Source of the DNA: Mycobacteriales bacterium
GTDB taxonomy: Bacteria; Actinomycetota; Actinomycetes; JAFAQI01
DNA: 64,000 bases
Assembly: GCA_035695045.1 (NCBI GenBank)
Contig: DASSEX010000028.1
Span: 27,504-91,503, forward strand
Direction: 5' to 3'
How positions within the stretch are numbered: position 1 is the first letter of the stretch; every line of letters starts with the position of its first letter. The position numbers and the translations under genes were made by a program. This document shows, piece by piece, positions 43,820-52,526 of the stretch. Below the pieces are notes generated by a model. It was given only the letters and a program-made list of their open reading frames with translations. It ran no database searches and had not been told where the DNA came from.

Positions 43820-44799
43820 ACCGACGACCTCTCGTGGGTGCCGGACCGGTAGATGACCCATCGGGCGATCAGGTTGACCGCCAGCGTCAGCGCGAACAGC
43901 ACGAGACCACTTGCGATCAGGGCACTCCGGCCGAGAGCGCCCGACTCGCCGAACCTGTTCGCGATGTTCGCGGCGATCGTGTTCCCTCCCGGCGGCAGCA
44001 CCTTCCACGACGTGGAGAACACGTTGCCGATGACGAGGGCGACAGCGATGGTCTCGCCGAGCGCCCGCCCGAGTCCGAGCATGATCCCGCTCACGATCCC
44101 GGGCCGGCTGGGCGGCAGCACTGCGGTGCGGATCATCTCCCAGCGGGTTGCGCCGAGGGCGAGAGCGGCTTCGCGTTGCGCCGGGTCCACCTGCCGCAAC
44201 ACCTCGCGAGCGATCGCTGCGACGATTGGCAGGATCATGATGGCCAGGATCACTGCGGCACCGAGGATCGACTTGCTGTAGCCGTTGATCTCGCCTTTGT
44301 CGCCGGCGAAGAGCGGGATCCAGCCGAGGTAGTGGTGCAGGAACAGCTGCAAACCGATGAGGTGCGGCAGCAGGAAGAGCAGCCCCCAGAGCCCGTAGAT
44401 CACGCTTGGAACGGCGGCGAGCATGTCCGTTGTATAGGCCAGCAGAGCCGAGAGTCGGCGCGGGGCGTACTGCGTGATGTAGATCGCCACTCCGAGCGCC
44501 ACCGGCACCGCCATGACGAGTGCCAGTGCACTCGACAGAACCGTCCCGAAGAGGAGTGCCGCGACACCGAACACCTTGGTGCCGTCCGGGTTCCACGTCT
44601 TCGTCGTCCAGAAGCTTGCGTTGTCTTCGTGGAAGGCCGGTAGCGCCTTGACGACGAGAAACACCGCGATGGCGCCGAGGATGACGAAGACGAGAACGCC
44701 GGCAAGCCGCGTTCCCCAACGGAACGCGGCCTCGGCGCGGCGGGTACTTCTTCGCCCCGTCAGCGGGACGACATCAGAGCTGCCGACTGCTGCTGACAT
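43816..44799 (-). CDS. pstC: phosphate ABC transporter permease PstC
   Basis: Preferred ATG at 44799 follows GGGAGAGAGG. Contains REAALALGATRWEMIRTAVLP. The track start at 44823 remains possible. Confidence 0.9.
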   Translation of the reverse strand: MSAAVGSSDVVPLTGRRSTRRAEAAFRWGTRLAGVLVFVILGAIAVFLVVKALPAFHEDNASFWTTKTWNPDGTKVFGVAALLFGTVLSSALALVMAVPVALGVAIYITQYAPRRLSALLAYTTDMLAAVPSVIYGLWGLLFLLPHLIGLQLFLHHYLGWIPLFAGDKGEINGYSKSILGAAVILAIMILPIVAAIAREVLRQVDPAQREAALALGATRWEMIRTAVLPPSRPGIVSGIMLGLGRALGETIAVALVIGNVFSTSWKVLPPGGNTIAANIANRFGESGALGRSALIASGLVLFALTLAVNLIARWVIYRSGTHERSSV

Positions 44800-44886
44800 G
44801 CCACCTCTCTCCCGGCCTGCCACCCGTGTGAAGGTGTGCCGAAGGGCCGCGGATGGCGTCCGCGGCCCTTCGGCGTGTCCACCGGA

Positions 44887-45984
44887 TCAGCTGATGGAGG
44901 CAATGCTGGTCTTCGCCTTGTCGGCGAGGCTCGAGGGCAGCGGCGCGAAGCCGAGCGCATCCGCCTTCGCCTGCCCGTCCGTCACCGCGTAGGTGAGGTA
45001 GTCCTTGACCAGCGTGCCCTTCGCCGCGTCCTTGTACTTGCTGCACGCGATGGCGTAGGACACCGTCGAGATCGGGTAGCCCTGCATCTTCGTGAAGTCC
45101 AGCGCGCCGGCGAGGTCGTTACCCGTACCCGTCACGGAGAAGCCGGAGCCGATCGCCTGCGACACGGTGCTTCCGCTGATCTCCGTGAAGTCGCCCGTGG
45201 CACCCTTCACCTTCGCCGTAGGAAGGTTGTTCTGCTTCGCGTACGAGACCTCGGCGTACGTGATGCCGCCCTCGGTCTGCTTCACGCCCTGCGTCACACC
45301 GTCCGATCCGGTTGCACCCTGGCCGGACGGCCACGAGATCTGCTTGTCGGAGCCGAGCGTCCAGACCGACTTCGCGTCGGCGTTCAGGAACGCGCTGAAG
45401 ACAGCCGTCGTACCGGAACCGTCGGCGCGGTGGAAGGTCTTGATGGCCTCGCTCGGCAGGCTCACGCCCGAGTTGTCTGCCTTGATCGCGGGGTCGTTCC
45501 ACGTCTTGATCTGGCCGGTGAAGATGCCGGCCAGAGTCTTCGCGGAGAGGTTCAGCCTGCTGACGCCCTTGATGTTGTAGATGATGGCGACGCCGCCCGC
45601 TGTGACGGGGATGGCGATCGCCTTGCTGCCACAGGCTTTGTCCGCCGCGGCCTGCTCGTCACTCTTCATCGTCACATCTGAGCCGGCGAAGTCGGTGGTG
45701 CCGTTGCCGAACTGCTGGATCCCGGCGCTGGAGCCCACGCCCGTGTAGGTGACCTGAGCGCCCGAGCACTTACCGGCGAACTCCGCCGCCCACTGCTGCT
45801 CGATCGCCTGTTGGAACGTCGAGCCCTGGCCCGTGAGACTGCCGCTCGCGCAACCCTGCGCACTGTTGCCCGACCCTCCGCCGGATCCACTGTTCGCCGT
45901 GTTGTTGTCACTGCCACATGCCGCGAGACCGACAGCGAGCACCGCGCTGACTCCGGCTGCTCGAACGACGAGCGAGACCTTCAC
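44887..45984 (-). CDS. pstS: phosphate-binding lipoprotein PstS
   Basis: 365 aa. GTG at 45984 follows GGAGGG. Lipobox GLAACG. Contains GQGSTFQ and GSGTT phosphate-binding motifs. Confidence 0.9.
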   Translation of the reverse strand: MKVSLVVRAAGVSAVLAVGLAACGSDNNTANSGSGGGSGNSAQGCASGSLTGQGSTFQQAIEQQWAAEFAGKCSGAQVTYTGVGSSAGIQQFGNGTTDFAGSDVTMKSDEQAAADKACGSKAIAIPVTAGGVAIIYNIKGVSRLNLSAKTLAGIFTGQIKTWNDPAIKADNSGVSLPSEAIKTFHRADGSGTTAVFSAFLNADAKSVWTLGSDKQISWPSGQGATGSDGVTQGVKQTEGGITYAEVSYAKQNNLPTAKVKGATGDFTEISGSTVSQAIGSGFSVTGTGNDLAGALDFTKMQGYPISTVSYAIACSKYKDAAKGTLVKDYLTYAVTDGQAKADALGFAPLPSSLADKAKTSIASIS

Positions 45985-46066
45985 TCTGAACCCTCCAGGT
46001 CGCCGTCCGGGCGTCTCCCGGCGGGCAAACCCGACGCTACGAAGGCAACTTGACCGGCCGTTCGCG

Positions 46067-46088
46067 AGAAGGTGAACGTCGGGTGAAC
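46067..46088 (-). promoter_or_regulatory. PHO box (two 11-nt direct repeat units) upstream of pstS
   Basis: Minus strand reads GTTCACCCGAC GTTCACCTTCT, with GTTCACC repeated at exactly 11-nt spacing. It lies 83-104 nt upstream of the pstS start, just after the phoU stop. Confidence 0.65.
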
Positions 46089-46108
46089 AGCCTGCGGCTG
46101 TTCGGCGG

Positions 46109-46768
46109 TCAGACCTCGGCGGAGGCGGCAGCGCGCTCGCCGGTCACCAGGAAGATGACCCGCCGCGCCACGGACACGGCGTGGTCGCAGAACCGCTCGT
46201 AGTAGCGACCGCAGAGGGTGACGTCGATGGCGCCCTCGATGCCGCCTTCCCACGAGGGGTCGAGCAGTACGCCGAACAAGCGTTTGTGCAGGTCGTCCAT
46301 CACATCGTCGTCGCGTTCCAGCTCGGCCGCCGCGGTGACGTTCTGGCTCATGATGACGCTCGAGCACTTGGTGACGATGCGGTGCGCGACCTGGCCCATC
46401 TCGAGCACCGGTGCCTGCAGCTGAGGTGGAACGGCCGATGCGGGATAGCGCCGCCGAGCCACCTTGGCGATGTGAACGGCCATGTCACCCATGCGCTCGA
46501 TGTCGGCCACCATGCGCAGGCTGGTGATGATCGCGCGCAAGTCGCGGGCGACCGGCTGCTGCCGCGCAAGAAGCTCCAACGCACGGTTCTCGATGTCGGC
46601 GTACAGCTCGTCGATCGCGGCGTCGCCGGAGATGACCGACTCGGCGGCCTGAAGGTCAGCGTCGAGTAGCGCCTGTGTCGCCTGGTTGATGGCGCGCCCG
46701 GCCAGGCGGGTGATGTCCACGAGCGACGCCGTGATGGCGTCGAGATCGTCGTGATACTGGTCGCGCAC
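46109..46768 (-). CDS. phoU: phosphate signalling regulator PhoU
   Basis: Two PhoU repeats (D..VD.L...I......L, and RMVADIERMGDMAVHIAK / RYYERFCDHAVSVARR). I prefer GTG at 46768 (after GGGAGG), giving VRDQYHDDLD.... The track start at 46840 would bury the PHO box inside the CDS. Confidence 0.85.
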   Translation of the reverse strand: MRDQYHDDLDAITASLVDITRLAGRAINQATQALLDADLQAAESVISGDAAIDELYADIENRALELLARQQPVARDLRAIITSLRMVADIERMGDMAVHIAKVARRRYPASAVPPQLQAPVLEMGQVAHRIVTKCSSVIMSQNVTAAAELERDDDVMDDLHKRLFGVLLDPSWEGGIEGAIDVTLCGRYYERFCDHAVSVARRVIFLVTGERAAASAEV

Positions 46769-46827
46769 CGGACCTCCCAGGTGTCGTCGACGCAGCGTAA
46801 CTTTTTCGGTCCGCCTGCTCGCCGCCG

Positions 46828-46860
46828 CGAACGTGAACATTGCGTGATGAAGCGGTGAAC
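46828..46860 (-). promoter_or_regulatory. PHO box (three 11-nt units) in the phoU / senX3 divergent spacer
   Basis: Minus strand reads GTTCACCGCTT CATCACGCAAT GTTCACGTTCG. On the plus strand, GTGAAC / GTGATG / GTGAAC occur at 46833, 46844 and 46855, exactly 11 nt apart. Confidence 0.6.
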
Positions 46861-46909
46861 GCTCCGCTGCTCAACGGCTGGAACGACCGCGGATACCTAT
46901 CATGAACGC

Positions 46910-48079
46910 GTGGCGGTGACCGCCGCGCTGGTCGCGGGCTTCGTGCTCGGAACGGCCGTGACCGTCCTCTTCGTACGAAGTCGCCGGTCTCGTCCGGCGA
47001 GCGTGCCCCTTGTCGCCGAGCCTCGCTCGCCGTCGCTGCCGGACCCGCTGCTGCAGCTGCTGACGTCTGCCGTCGTGCAAGTCGACGTCAACGGTGACGT
47101 CCGGACCGCCAACGCGGCCGCAAGGTCGTTGGGGCTGGTCCGTGGTCTACGACTGTGCGGAGACGTGCTCGAGCATCTGACCCGGGATGCGCGGCTCCAG
47201 CAGACGGAGCTGACGCGCGAGCTCACCATCGAGGTGGGTGAACCGCCGCGTCGCGGCGTCAAGGTCCGCGCACGTGCTCGTCCCATGGGTGATGGGCTGG
47301 TCGGACTCCTCGTCGACGACCTCAGCGAGGCGACGAGGGTCGAGAACATGCGCCGGGACTTCGTCGCGAACGTGGGGCACGAGATCAAGACGCCGGTGGG
47401 CGCACTCACGCTTCTTGCCGAAGCGGCGCTCGACGCCGCCGACGACCCGGTCGCGACGAAGCGGTTCCTCGGCCGGATCCAGCACGAGGCGAGCCGTCTA
47501 GCGAGGCTCGTCCAGGAGCTTCTCGACCTCTCCAGGGTGCAGGGAGGCGAGCCGCTTGCCGCCGACCCCGTGGCCGTCGACGGGGTGATCGAGGAGGCGG
47601 TCGACCGCAGCCACGCTGCCGCGGAGGCGAAACAGATCAGCATCGTCCGCAGTGGGGATGCCGGCGTTGTCGTGTCCGGCGACGGCTCACAGCTCGTGAC
47701 GGCGCTGGTCAATCTGCTGGACAACGCCGTCTCCTACAGCCATCCGGCGACGAGGATCACCGTGACCGTGCACGAACGCGACGGCTGGGTCGACATCGCC
47801 GTGAAGGACGAGGGGATCGGCATCGCGGACAGCGACAGAGATCGGATCTTCGAGCGGTTCTACCGCGTCGACCCCGCACGCTCGCGCGAGACCGGCGGCA
47901 CGGGGTTGGGCCTGTCCATCGTCAAGCACGTCGTGAGCAACCACGGTGGCGTGGTGTCCGTCTGGAGTGAAGTCGGGACCGGCAGCACGTTCACGATCTC
48001 GCTGCCGACGTCGACCCGTCCTTCGGTGTCGTCGGGCGCAGACTCCGATCCGCGACCGGTCGGGGTGGCCAGCTCGTGA
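46910..48079 (+). CDS. senX3: phosphate-responsive sensor histidine kinase (SenX3/PhoR-type)
   Basis: 389 aa. N-terminal TM helix, PAS-like segment, H-box FVANVGHEIKTP, N-box LLDNAVSY, and G-boxes DEGIGI and GGTGLGLSIVKH. Confidence 0.9.
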   Translation: MAVTAALVAGFVLGTAVTVLFVRSRRSRPASVPLVAEPRSPSLPDPLLQLLTSAVVQVDVNGDVRTANAAARSLGLVRGLRLCGDVLEHLTRDARLQQTELTRELTIEVGEPPRRGVKVRARARPMGDGLVGLLVDDLSEATRVENMRRDFVANVGHEIKTPVGALTLLAEAALDAADDPVATKRFLGRIQHEASRLARLVQELLDLSRVQGGEPLAADPVAVDGVIEEAVDRSHAAAEAKQISIVRSGDAGVVVSGDGSQLVTALVNLLDNAVSYSHPATRITVTVHERDGWVDIAVKDEGIGIADSDRDRIFERFYRVDPARSRETGGTGLGLSIVKHVVSNHGGVVSVWSEVGTGSTFTISLPTSTRPSVSSGADSDPRPVGVASS

Positions 48080-48756
48080 CGCGCATCCTCGTGGTCGAGG
48101 ACGAGGAGTCCTTCTCCGACGCGCTTTCCTACATGCTCCGCAAGGAGGGCTTCGAGGTCACGGTGGCGGGCAACGGCCCGGACGGACTCGCCGAGTTCGG
48201 CCGGAGCGGCGCCGACCTGGTCCTGCTCGACCTGATGCTGCCGGGGCTGTCGGGCGTCGAGGTCTGCCGTGAGCTGCGGCTGAGCTCGGACGTACCGGTC
48301 ATCATGCTCACCGCGAAGGACTCGGAGGTCGACAAGGTGGTCGGGCTCGAGATCGGCGCGGACGACTACGTCACCAAGCCTTTCTCCACACGCGAACTGG
48401 TGGCCCGGATTCGCGCCGTGCTCCGCCGTCGCTCCCAGCCGGACGAGTCGACGGACGACGTACTCGAAGCAGGGCCGGTGCGCATGGACGTCGAGCGACA
48501 CGTCGTGACCGTCGCCGGTGAAGTGACGGCGATGCCGCTCAAGGAGTTCGAGCTGCTCGAGTTCCTGCTCCGCAACGCAGGGCGAGTCCTCACGAGGAGC
48601 CAGCTCATCGACCGGATCTGGGGCACCGACTACGTCGGCGACACCAAGACGCTCGACGTGCACGTGAAACGGCTGCGGGCCAAGATCGAACCCGTGCCCG
48701 CAGAGCCGAAACATCTGCTCACGGTTCGTGGACTCGGCTACAAGTTCGAAGCATGA
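48076..48756 (+). CDS. regX3: OmpR-family response regulator (RegX3/PhoP-type)
   Basis: 226 aa. GTGA overlap with the kinase gene. Contains ILVVEDEESFSDALSYMLRKEGFEV, LLDLMLPG, DDYVTKPF and a winged-helix C-terminus LLTVRGLGYKFE. Confidence 0.9.
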   Translation: MTRILVVEDEESFSDALSYMLRKEGFEVTVAGNGPDGLAEFGRSGADLVLLDLMLPGLSGVEVCRELRLSSDVPVIMLTAKDSEVDKVVGLEIGADDYVTKPFSTRELVARIRAVLRRRSQPDESTDDVLEAGPVRMDVERHVVTVAGEVTAMPLKEFELLEFLLRNAGRVLTRSQLIDRIWGTDYVGDTKTLDVHVKRLRAKIEPVPAEPKHLLTVRGLGYKFEA

Positions 48757-48893
48757 GCACGCCCGACGAGCCCGTCCTCCCCGACGTCACCGGCGACGAG
48801 CGGGAGACCGGCTGGGGCGACGACGTCCCGAACGAGGACGACGACATCCGGCGACTCAACGACGAGCGGCCGCCTCATCACGACCGCGACTGA
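48753..48893 (+). CDS. 46-aa acidic protein, unannotated in the ORF track
   Basis: ATG at 48753 overlaps the regX3 stop (ATGA). It translates to MSTPDEPVLPDVTGDERETGWGDDVPNEDDDIRRLNDERPPHHDRD. 43 of 46 codons end in G/C. The TGA at 48891-48893 abuts the mscL stop. Confidence 0.55.
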   Translation: MSTPDEPVLPDVTGDERETGWGDDVPNEDDDIRRLNDERPPHHDRD

Positions 48894-49295
48894 TCAGGCG
48901 GCTTGCGGTGATGCGCAGAACGCGCACTTGCGCGCGGCGGCGGGAATCGACGACAGGCACTCCGGGCAGTCCTTGACCGGCGCCGGCTCATCGGCAGAGG
49001 GCTTGAAGCGCTCCATCAACCGGTTGATCGGCACGACGACGAAGAAGTAGACGACCGCCGCCAGGATGAGGAACGCGATCAACGCGTTGAGGAACTTTCC
49101 GTAGGTGAAGTGCGACTTGTTGACGGTGAAGTAGAGAGCGCTGAAGTCGGGCTTGCCTCCGATCGCCGCGAGCAACGGCGTGATGAAGCTCGTGGTGAAG
49201 GCGGTCACGAGTGCTCCGAACGCGGCGCCAATGATGACGGCGACCGCCAGGTCGACGACGTTGCCGCGGAGCAGGAACTTGCGGAAGCCGCTCAT
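48894..49295 (-). CDS. mscL: large-conductance mechanosensitive channel with C-terminal CxxC...CxxC tail
   Basis: ATG at 49295. MSGFRKFLLRGNVVDLAVAVIIGAAFGALV is the MscL TM1 signature. 133 aa, ending KDCPECLSSIPAAARKCAFCASPQAA. Confidence 0.9.
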   Translation of the reverse strand: MSGFRKFLLRGNVVDLAVAVIIGAAFGALVTAFTTSFITPLLAAIGGKPDFSALYFTVNKSHFTYGKFLNALIAFLILAAVVYFFVVVPINRLMERFKPSADEPAPVKDCPECLSSIPAAARKCAFCASPQAA

Positions 49296-49353
49296 GGCGC
49301 AGACCTCTCGTCCGGAGATGTTGCTCGCATCCTGGCGCGAAACCCACGCTCGG

Positions 49354-50940
49354 TCAGGCAACAGGGAGCAAAACTCCGGGGTTGAGCACTCCGGCCGGGT
49401 CGAGGGCTGCCTTCGCAGCCGCGAACGCCTGGGCGAACGGGTCCGGCCGCTGGTCGACGTACCACTGGACGTGGTCACGACCGACGGCGTGGTGATGCGT
49501 GATGGTGCCGCCGGCCGACAGGATCGCCTCGCTCGCCGCTGCCTTGACCTCGTGCCACTGCGCGAGCTCACTGCCGCGGCGGGCCGGCGCCATGACCGTG
49601 AAGTACGGCGCCGCTCCGTCGGCATAGACGTGAGTGAGACGACAGGTGACGCGGCCCCCACCGCACACGGCCCGCAGCGCGCCTTCGGTCGCTTCGGTGA
49701 CGCGCAGCACGAACTCGTCGAAACGGTCCCACGTGATCGCCGTCTCGAACGTCTCCACCAGCAGACCGAGGAGCACGAGCTGCTCGCGCACATAAGGTGC
49801 GCGGACGAACGACGACCTCCAGGCCTCGCCCGAGCCGCCACGATCGCCGGCCTCGACGACCTGAAGGCCGGCATCGCGAGCAAGGTCCAGAGCGCGGACC
49901 GCCGACGCTTCGACCGGTCCGCCGTAGGACTCGAGACCCAGCACCAGGGCGGCCTGGCCGGTCGCGAGGGTGCCGGTCGTCGCGGACTCCTGGGCGTCGA
50001 TGAGCCGACAGGTCGCAGGCAGCAGACCGTCGTGCATCAGCATGCGGACGGCGCGTCCTCCGTCGGCGAAGGTGTCGGCGGCAAGGGTCGCCGACCATCG
50101 ATGCGCGGGTCGCGGCTGTACCCGGAGCCACGCTTCCGTGACGATGCCGAGGGTGCCCTCGCTGCCGAGCAACAATCGGTCGGGGCTGGGCCCGGCGCCG
50201 GAACCCGGCAGCCGCCGCGACTCCCAGATCCCGGCGGAGGTGACCGCGCGCACCGACTCGGTGATGTCGTCGATGTGGGTGAGCCGACTGGAGAAGTGAC
50301 CCGCGGCTCTCGTGGCCACCCACCCGCCGACGGTCGACCGCTCGAACGACTGCGGGAAGAAGCGCGCGGTCAGCTCATGCGGCCGCAGCTCGTCCTCAAG
50401 GCGTGGCCCAGGCGTGCCGGCCGCGACTCGCGCGGCGCGTGAGACCGGATCGACCTCGATGACCCCTGACAGCAGCTCGAGGTCGACAGACACGACGCCG
50501 GAGTAGCTCGCGCCGACTGCCGGCTCGACACCCCCGACGACGCTCGTGCCGCCGGAGTAGGGGACAACCGCGACCGCGGCGTCGGCGCACCAGTCGAGGA
50601 CCGCCGCGACGTCGCTCTCGTCGCGCGGTCGCAGCACCACGTCGGGCGGCGACGCGATCTGGCCGCGGATGCCGCGCACCACGTCGCGATAGGAACGGCC
50701 CAGTGCATGGCGCGCCCGGTCGAGCGGAGCCGTCGACGCGAGGCCATGGAGCGACGCGGGCAACCTCGCACTCACCCGGTCGTCCGGCAGCGTCGGCAGC
50801 GGAGCGGGTTGCTCCGGCGCTTGCACCGGCAGGCCGAGATGCTCCGCGACGATCGGCGCCATCGCCTCCAGGTCGGACCGTCGGGGCTCGTCGGCGGGGT
50901 CGCGCGACCAGCCCCAGACGGGATAGGTGGACTCGGTCAT
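49354..50940 (-). CDS. FAD-linked oxidase (paralog of 31256..32863)
   Basis: 528 aa. Contains VAVVPYSGGTSVVGG, GSEGTLGIVTEAWLRV, HHHAVG and LDPAGVLNPG. Its ATG overlaps the upstream stop (ATGA at 50937-50940). Confidence 0.85.
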   Translation of the reverse strand: MTESTYPVWGWSRDPADEPRRSDLEAMAPIVAEHLGLPVQAPEQPAPLPTLPDDRVSARLPASLHGLASTAPLDRARHALGRSYRDVVRGIRGQIASPPDVVLRPRDESDVAAVLDWCADAAVAVVPYSGGTSVVGGVEPAVGASYSGVVSVDLELLSGVIEVDPVSRAARVAAGTPGPRLEDELRPHELTARFFPQSFERSTVGGWVATRAAGHFSSRLTHIDDITESVRAVTSAGIWESRRLPGSGAGPSPDRLLLGSEGTLGIVTEAWLRVQPRPAHRWSATLAADTFADGGRAVRMLMHDGLLPATCRLIDAQESATTGTLATGQAALVLGLESYGGPVEASAVRALDLARDAGLQVVEAGDRGGSGEAWRSSFVRAPYVREQLVLLGLLVETFETAITWDRFDEFVLRVTEATEGALRAVCGGGRVTCRLTHVYADGAAPYFTVMAPARRGSELAQWHEVKAAASEAILSAGGTITHHHAVGRDHVQWYVDQRPDPFAQAFAAAKAALDPAGVLNPGVLLPVA

Positions 50941-51590
50941 GGCCGCAGCAACGCCAGGCTCAGCCGCGTGCCCACCGAAGCGGCGGCCAACGCGGCGGCC
51001 TGGGCACGGTCGGCGGCCACCACCACCAGCCCGCCACCGTCGCCGGCAACGCTTGCCCGCGCGGGCACCGCGACGACCCGCACTGCCGATGCGACGGTCA
51101 CCGGTCGCGAGCCCGCCCGGCCCGACACGGGGTCACCCACGGACAGCACGTCGACGACGTCCCCGGGATGCACCAGGGCGGCGGCCGCAGATCCGTCGGC
51201 CACCCGAACCGGTACGGCGACCAGGCCCGGCTCGGGTAGCGCTGTCAGCAGTGTGGGACCCAGCAGCCGCACGTCGGTCAGCGGCTCGCCGCGCCGCATC
51301 GGCGCGGCGAGCAACCGGCCGACGACCTGGATCTGCGCGCGCAGAGCGCCGGCCGGAACGGTCGCGACGGGAAGAGCGACCGTCCGCAGGTCGTGAGGAG
51401 TCAGCGGGCTGCCACCGGACAGGTCGTGGGCAGCGACCCACACGGCGACGGTCCGCTCCGCAGGTGGCGCGACCGCCTTGACAGCGGCGAGCACCGCGAC
51501 GCCCGCGCAGAGAGCGGCCAGCAGCCGTCGCGGCCCACCGGTCGCGATCAGGATGCGGTCCGTGAGATCCCGCAGCCGGGAGTCGTCCAT
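50937..51590 (-). CDS. SAF-domain / CpaB-like membrane-anchored protein
   Basis: 217 aa. N-terminal TM helix LLAALCAGVAVLAAV, then a SAF-like VAAHDLSGGSPLTPHDL and a repeated beta-rich domain. Confidence 0.6.
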   Translation of the reverse strand: MDDSRLRDLTDRILIATGGPRRLLAALCAGVAVLAAVKAVAPPAERTVAVWVAAHDLSGGSPLTPHDLRTVALPVATVPAGALRAQIQVVGRLLAAPMRRGEPLTDVRLLGPTLLTALPEPGLVAVPVRVADGSAAAALVHPGDVVDVLSVGDPVSGRAGSRPVTVASAVRVVAVPARASVAGDGGGLVVVAADRAQAAALAAASVGTRLSLALLRP

Positions 51591-51673
51591 CGGCTCACCC
51601 CCAAGACGTGGGCGACCCTAGTGCGCGGTCGGCGACCGGCGTCCCGCCCCGGCGGCGGCTGTGGACGAGGAGG

Positions 51674-52006
51674 TCAGGCGACCTTGTCCGAGCTGCCCGA
51701 CTTCTTGTCTCCCGAGCCACCGGTGGTCGGGGTGCTGTCGGAGGAGCCGCTCGAGGAGCCGGCCGGGCTGCTGTCGGACTTCGCCGAGGACGAGGACGAC
51801 GAGGACGACGAGGACGACGAGGTGCTCGTGCTGCGGCTGTCGGTCTTGTAGAAGCCCGACCCCTTGAACACGACGCCGACCGGCGAGAACACCTTGCGGA
51901 GTGCGCCGCCACAGCTGGGGCACTCGGTCAGTGGGTCGTCGGAGAACTTCTGCACGGCCTCCAGGCGCTCACCGCAGCTCGTGCAGGCGTACTGGTAGGT
52001 CGGCAT
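51674..52006 (-). CDS. FmdB-family zinc-ribbon protein with poly-Ser tail
   Basis: Preferred ATG at 52006 gives MPTYQYACTSCGERLEAVQKFSDDPLTECPSCGGALRKVFS, the FmdB CxxC...CxxC signature. The tail contains 13 consecutive Ser. Confidence 0.85.
   Translation of the reverse strand: MPTYQYACTSCGERLEAVQKFSDDPLTECPSCGGALRKVFSPVGVVFKGSGFYKTDSRSTSTSSSSSSSSSSSSAKSDSSPAGSSSGSSDSTPTTGGSGDKKSGSSDKVA
51786..51823. repeat. trinucleotide / 9-nt tandem repeat encoding the poly-Ser tract
   Basis: Plus strand reads gaggacgaggacgacgaggacgacgaggacgacgagg, a gaggacgac-type unit repeated. Confidence 0.7.
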
Positions 52007-52089
52007 CCGTCCCCTCCGGTGGGCGCTGGCACTCAAAGGTATCGACTGCTAATGATGCGCCCTGAAGAGGCTTTGGGCAACTTCCGGAC

Positions 52090-52443
52090 TCAGCAGCCGG
52101 CGACGACCGACAGCAGGTCGGTCATGTCACCGGACTTGAGCACCGTGCGGTCGGCACCGAGCTCGTCGGCGAGCTCGAGATGGCTCGGCGACGCCGAGTA
52201 GGCGACGACACACGGCCGTTCCTCGGCGTCGCAGTCGCTCAGCGCGCGCAGCACGTCGGCGCCGTTGGTGCCCGGCATCATCATGTCGAGCACGAGCACG
52301 TCGGGATGGCACTGGCAGGTCATCTCCAGGGCCTCGCCACCGTCCGCCGCCTCGCCGACGACGCGATGGCCCTCGAGCTCGAGGTTGAAGCGCAGGAGAG
52401 TGCGCACGCCGTCGTCGTCGTCCGCGACGACTACCTGCTTCAT
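52090..52443 (-). CDS. single-domain (CheY-like) response regulator
   Basis: ATG at 52443. MKQVVVADDDDGVRTLL...DVLVLDMMMPGTNG...VLKSGD carries the acidic pocket, the phospho-Asp and the conserved Lys. 117 aa, with no output domain. Confidence 0.75.
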   Translation of the reverse strand: MKQVVVADDDDGVRTLLRFNLELEGHRVVGEAADGGEALEMTCQCHPDVLVLDMMMPGTNGADVLRALSDCDAEERPCVVAYSASPSHLELADELGADRTVLKSGDMTDLLSVVAGC

Positions 52444-52526
52444 CCGCCCCGCCCCCAAGCAACCCGTGATCATTTCCACGGTACCGCCGCCGACGGTGGC
52501 GGTATCCGCACTGACACGATTCCCCG

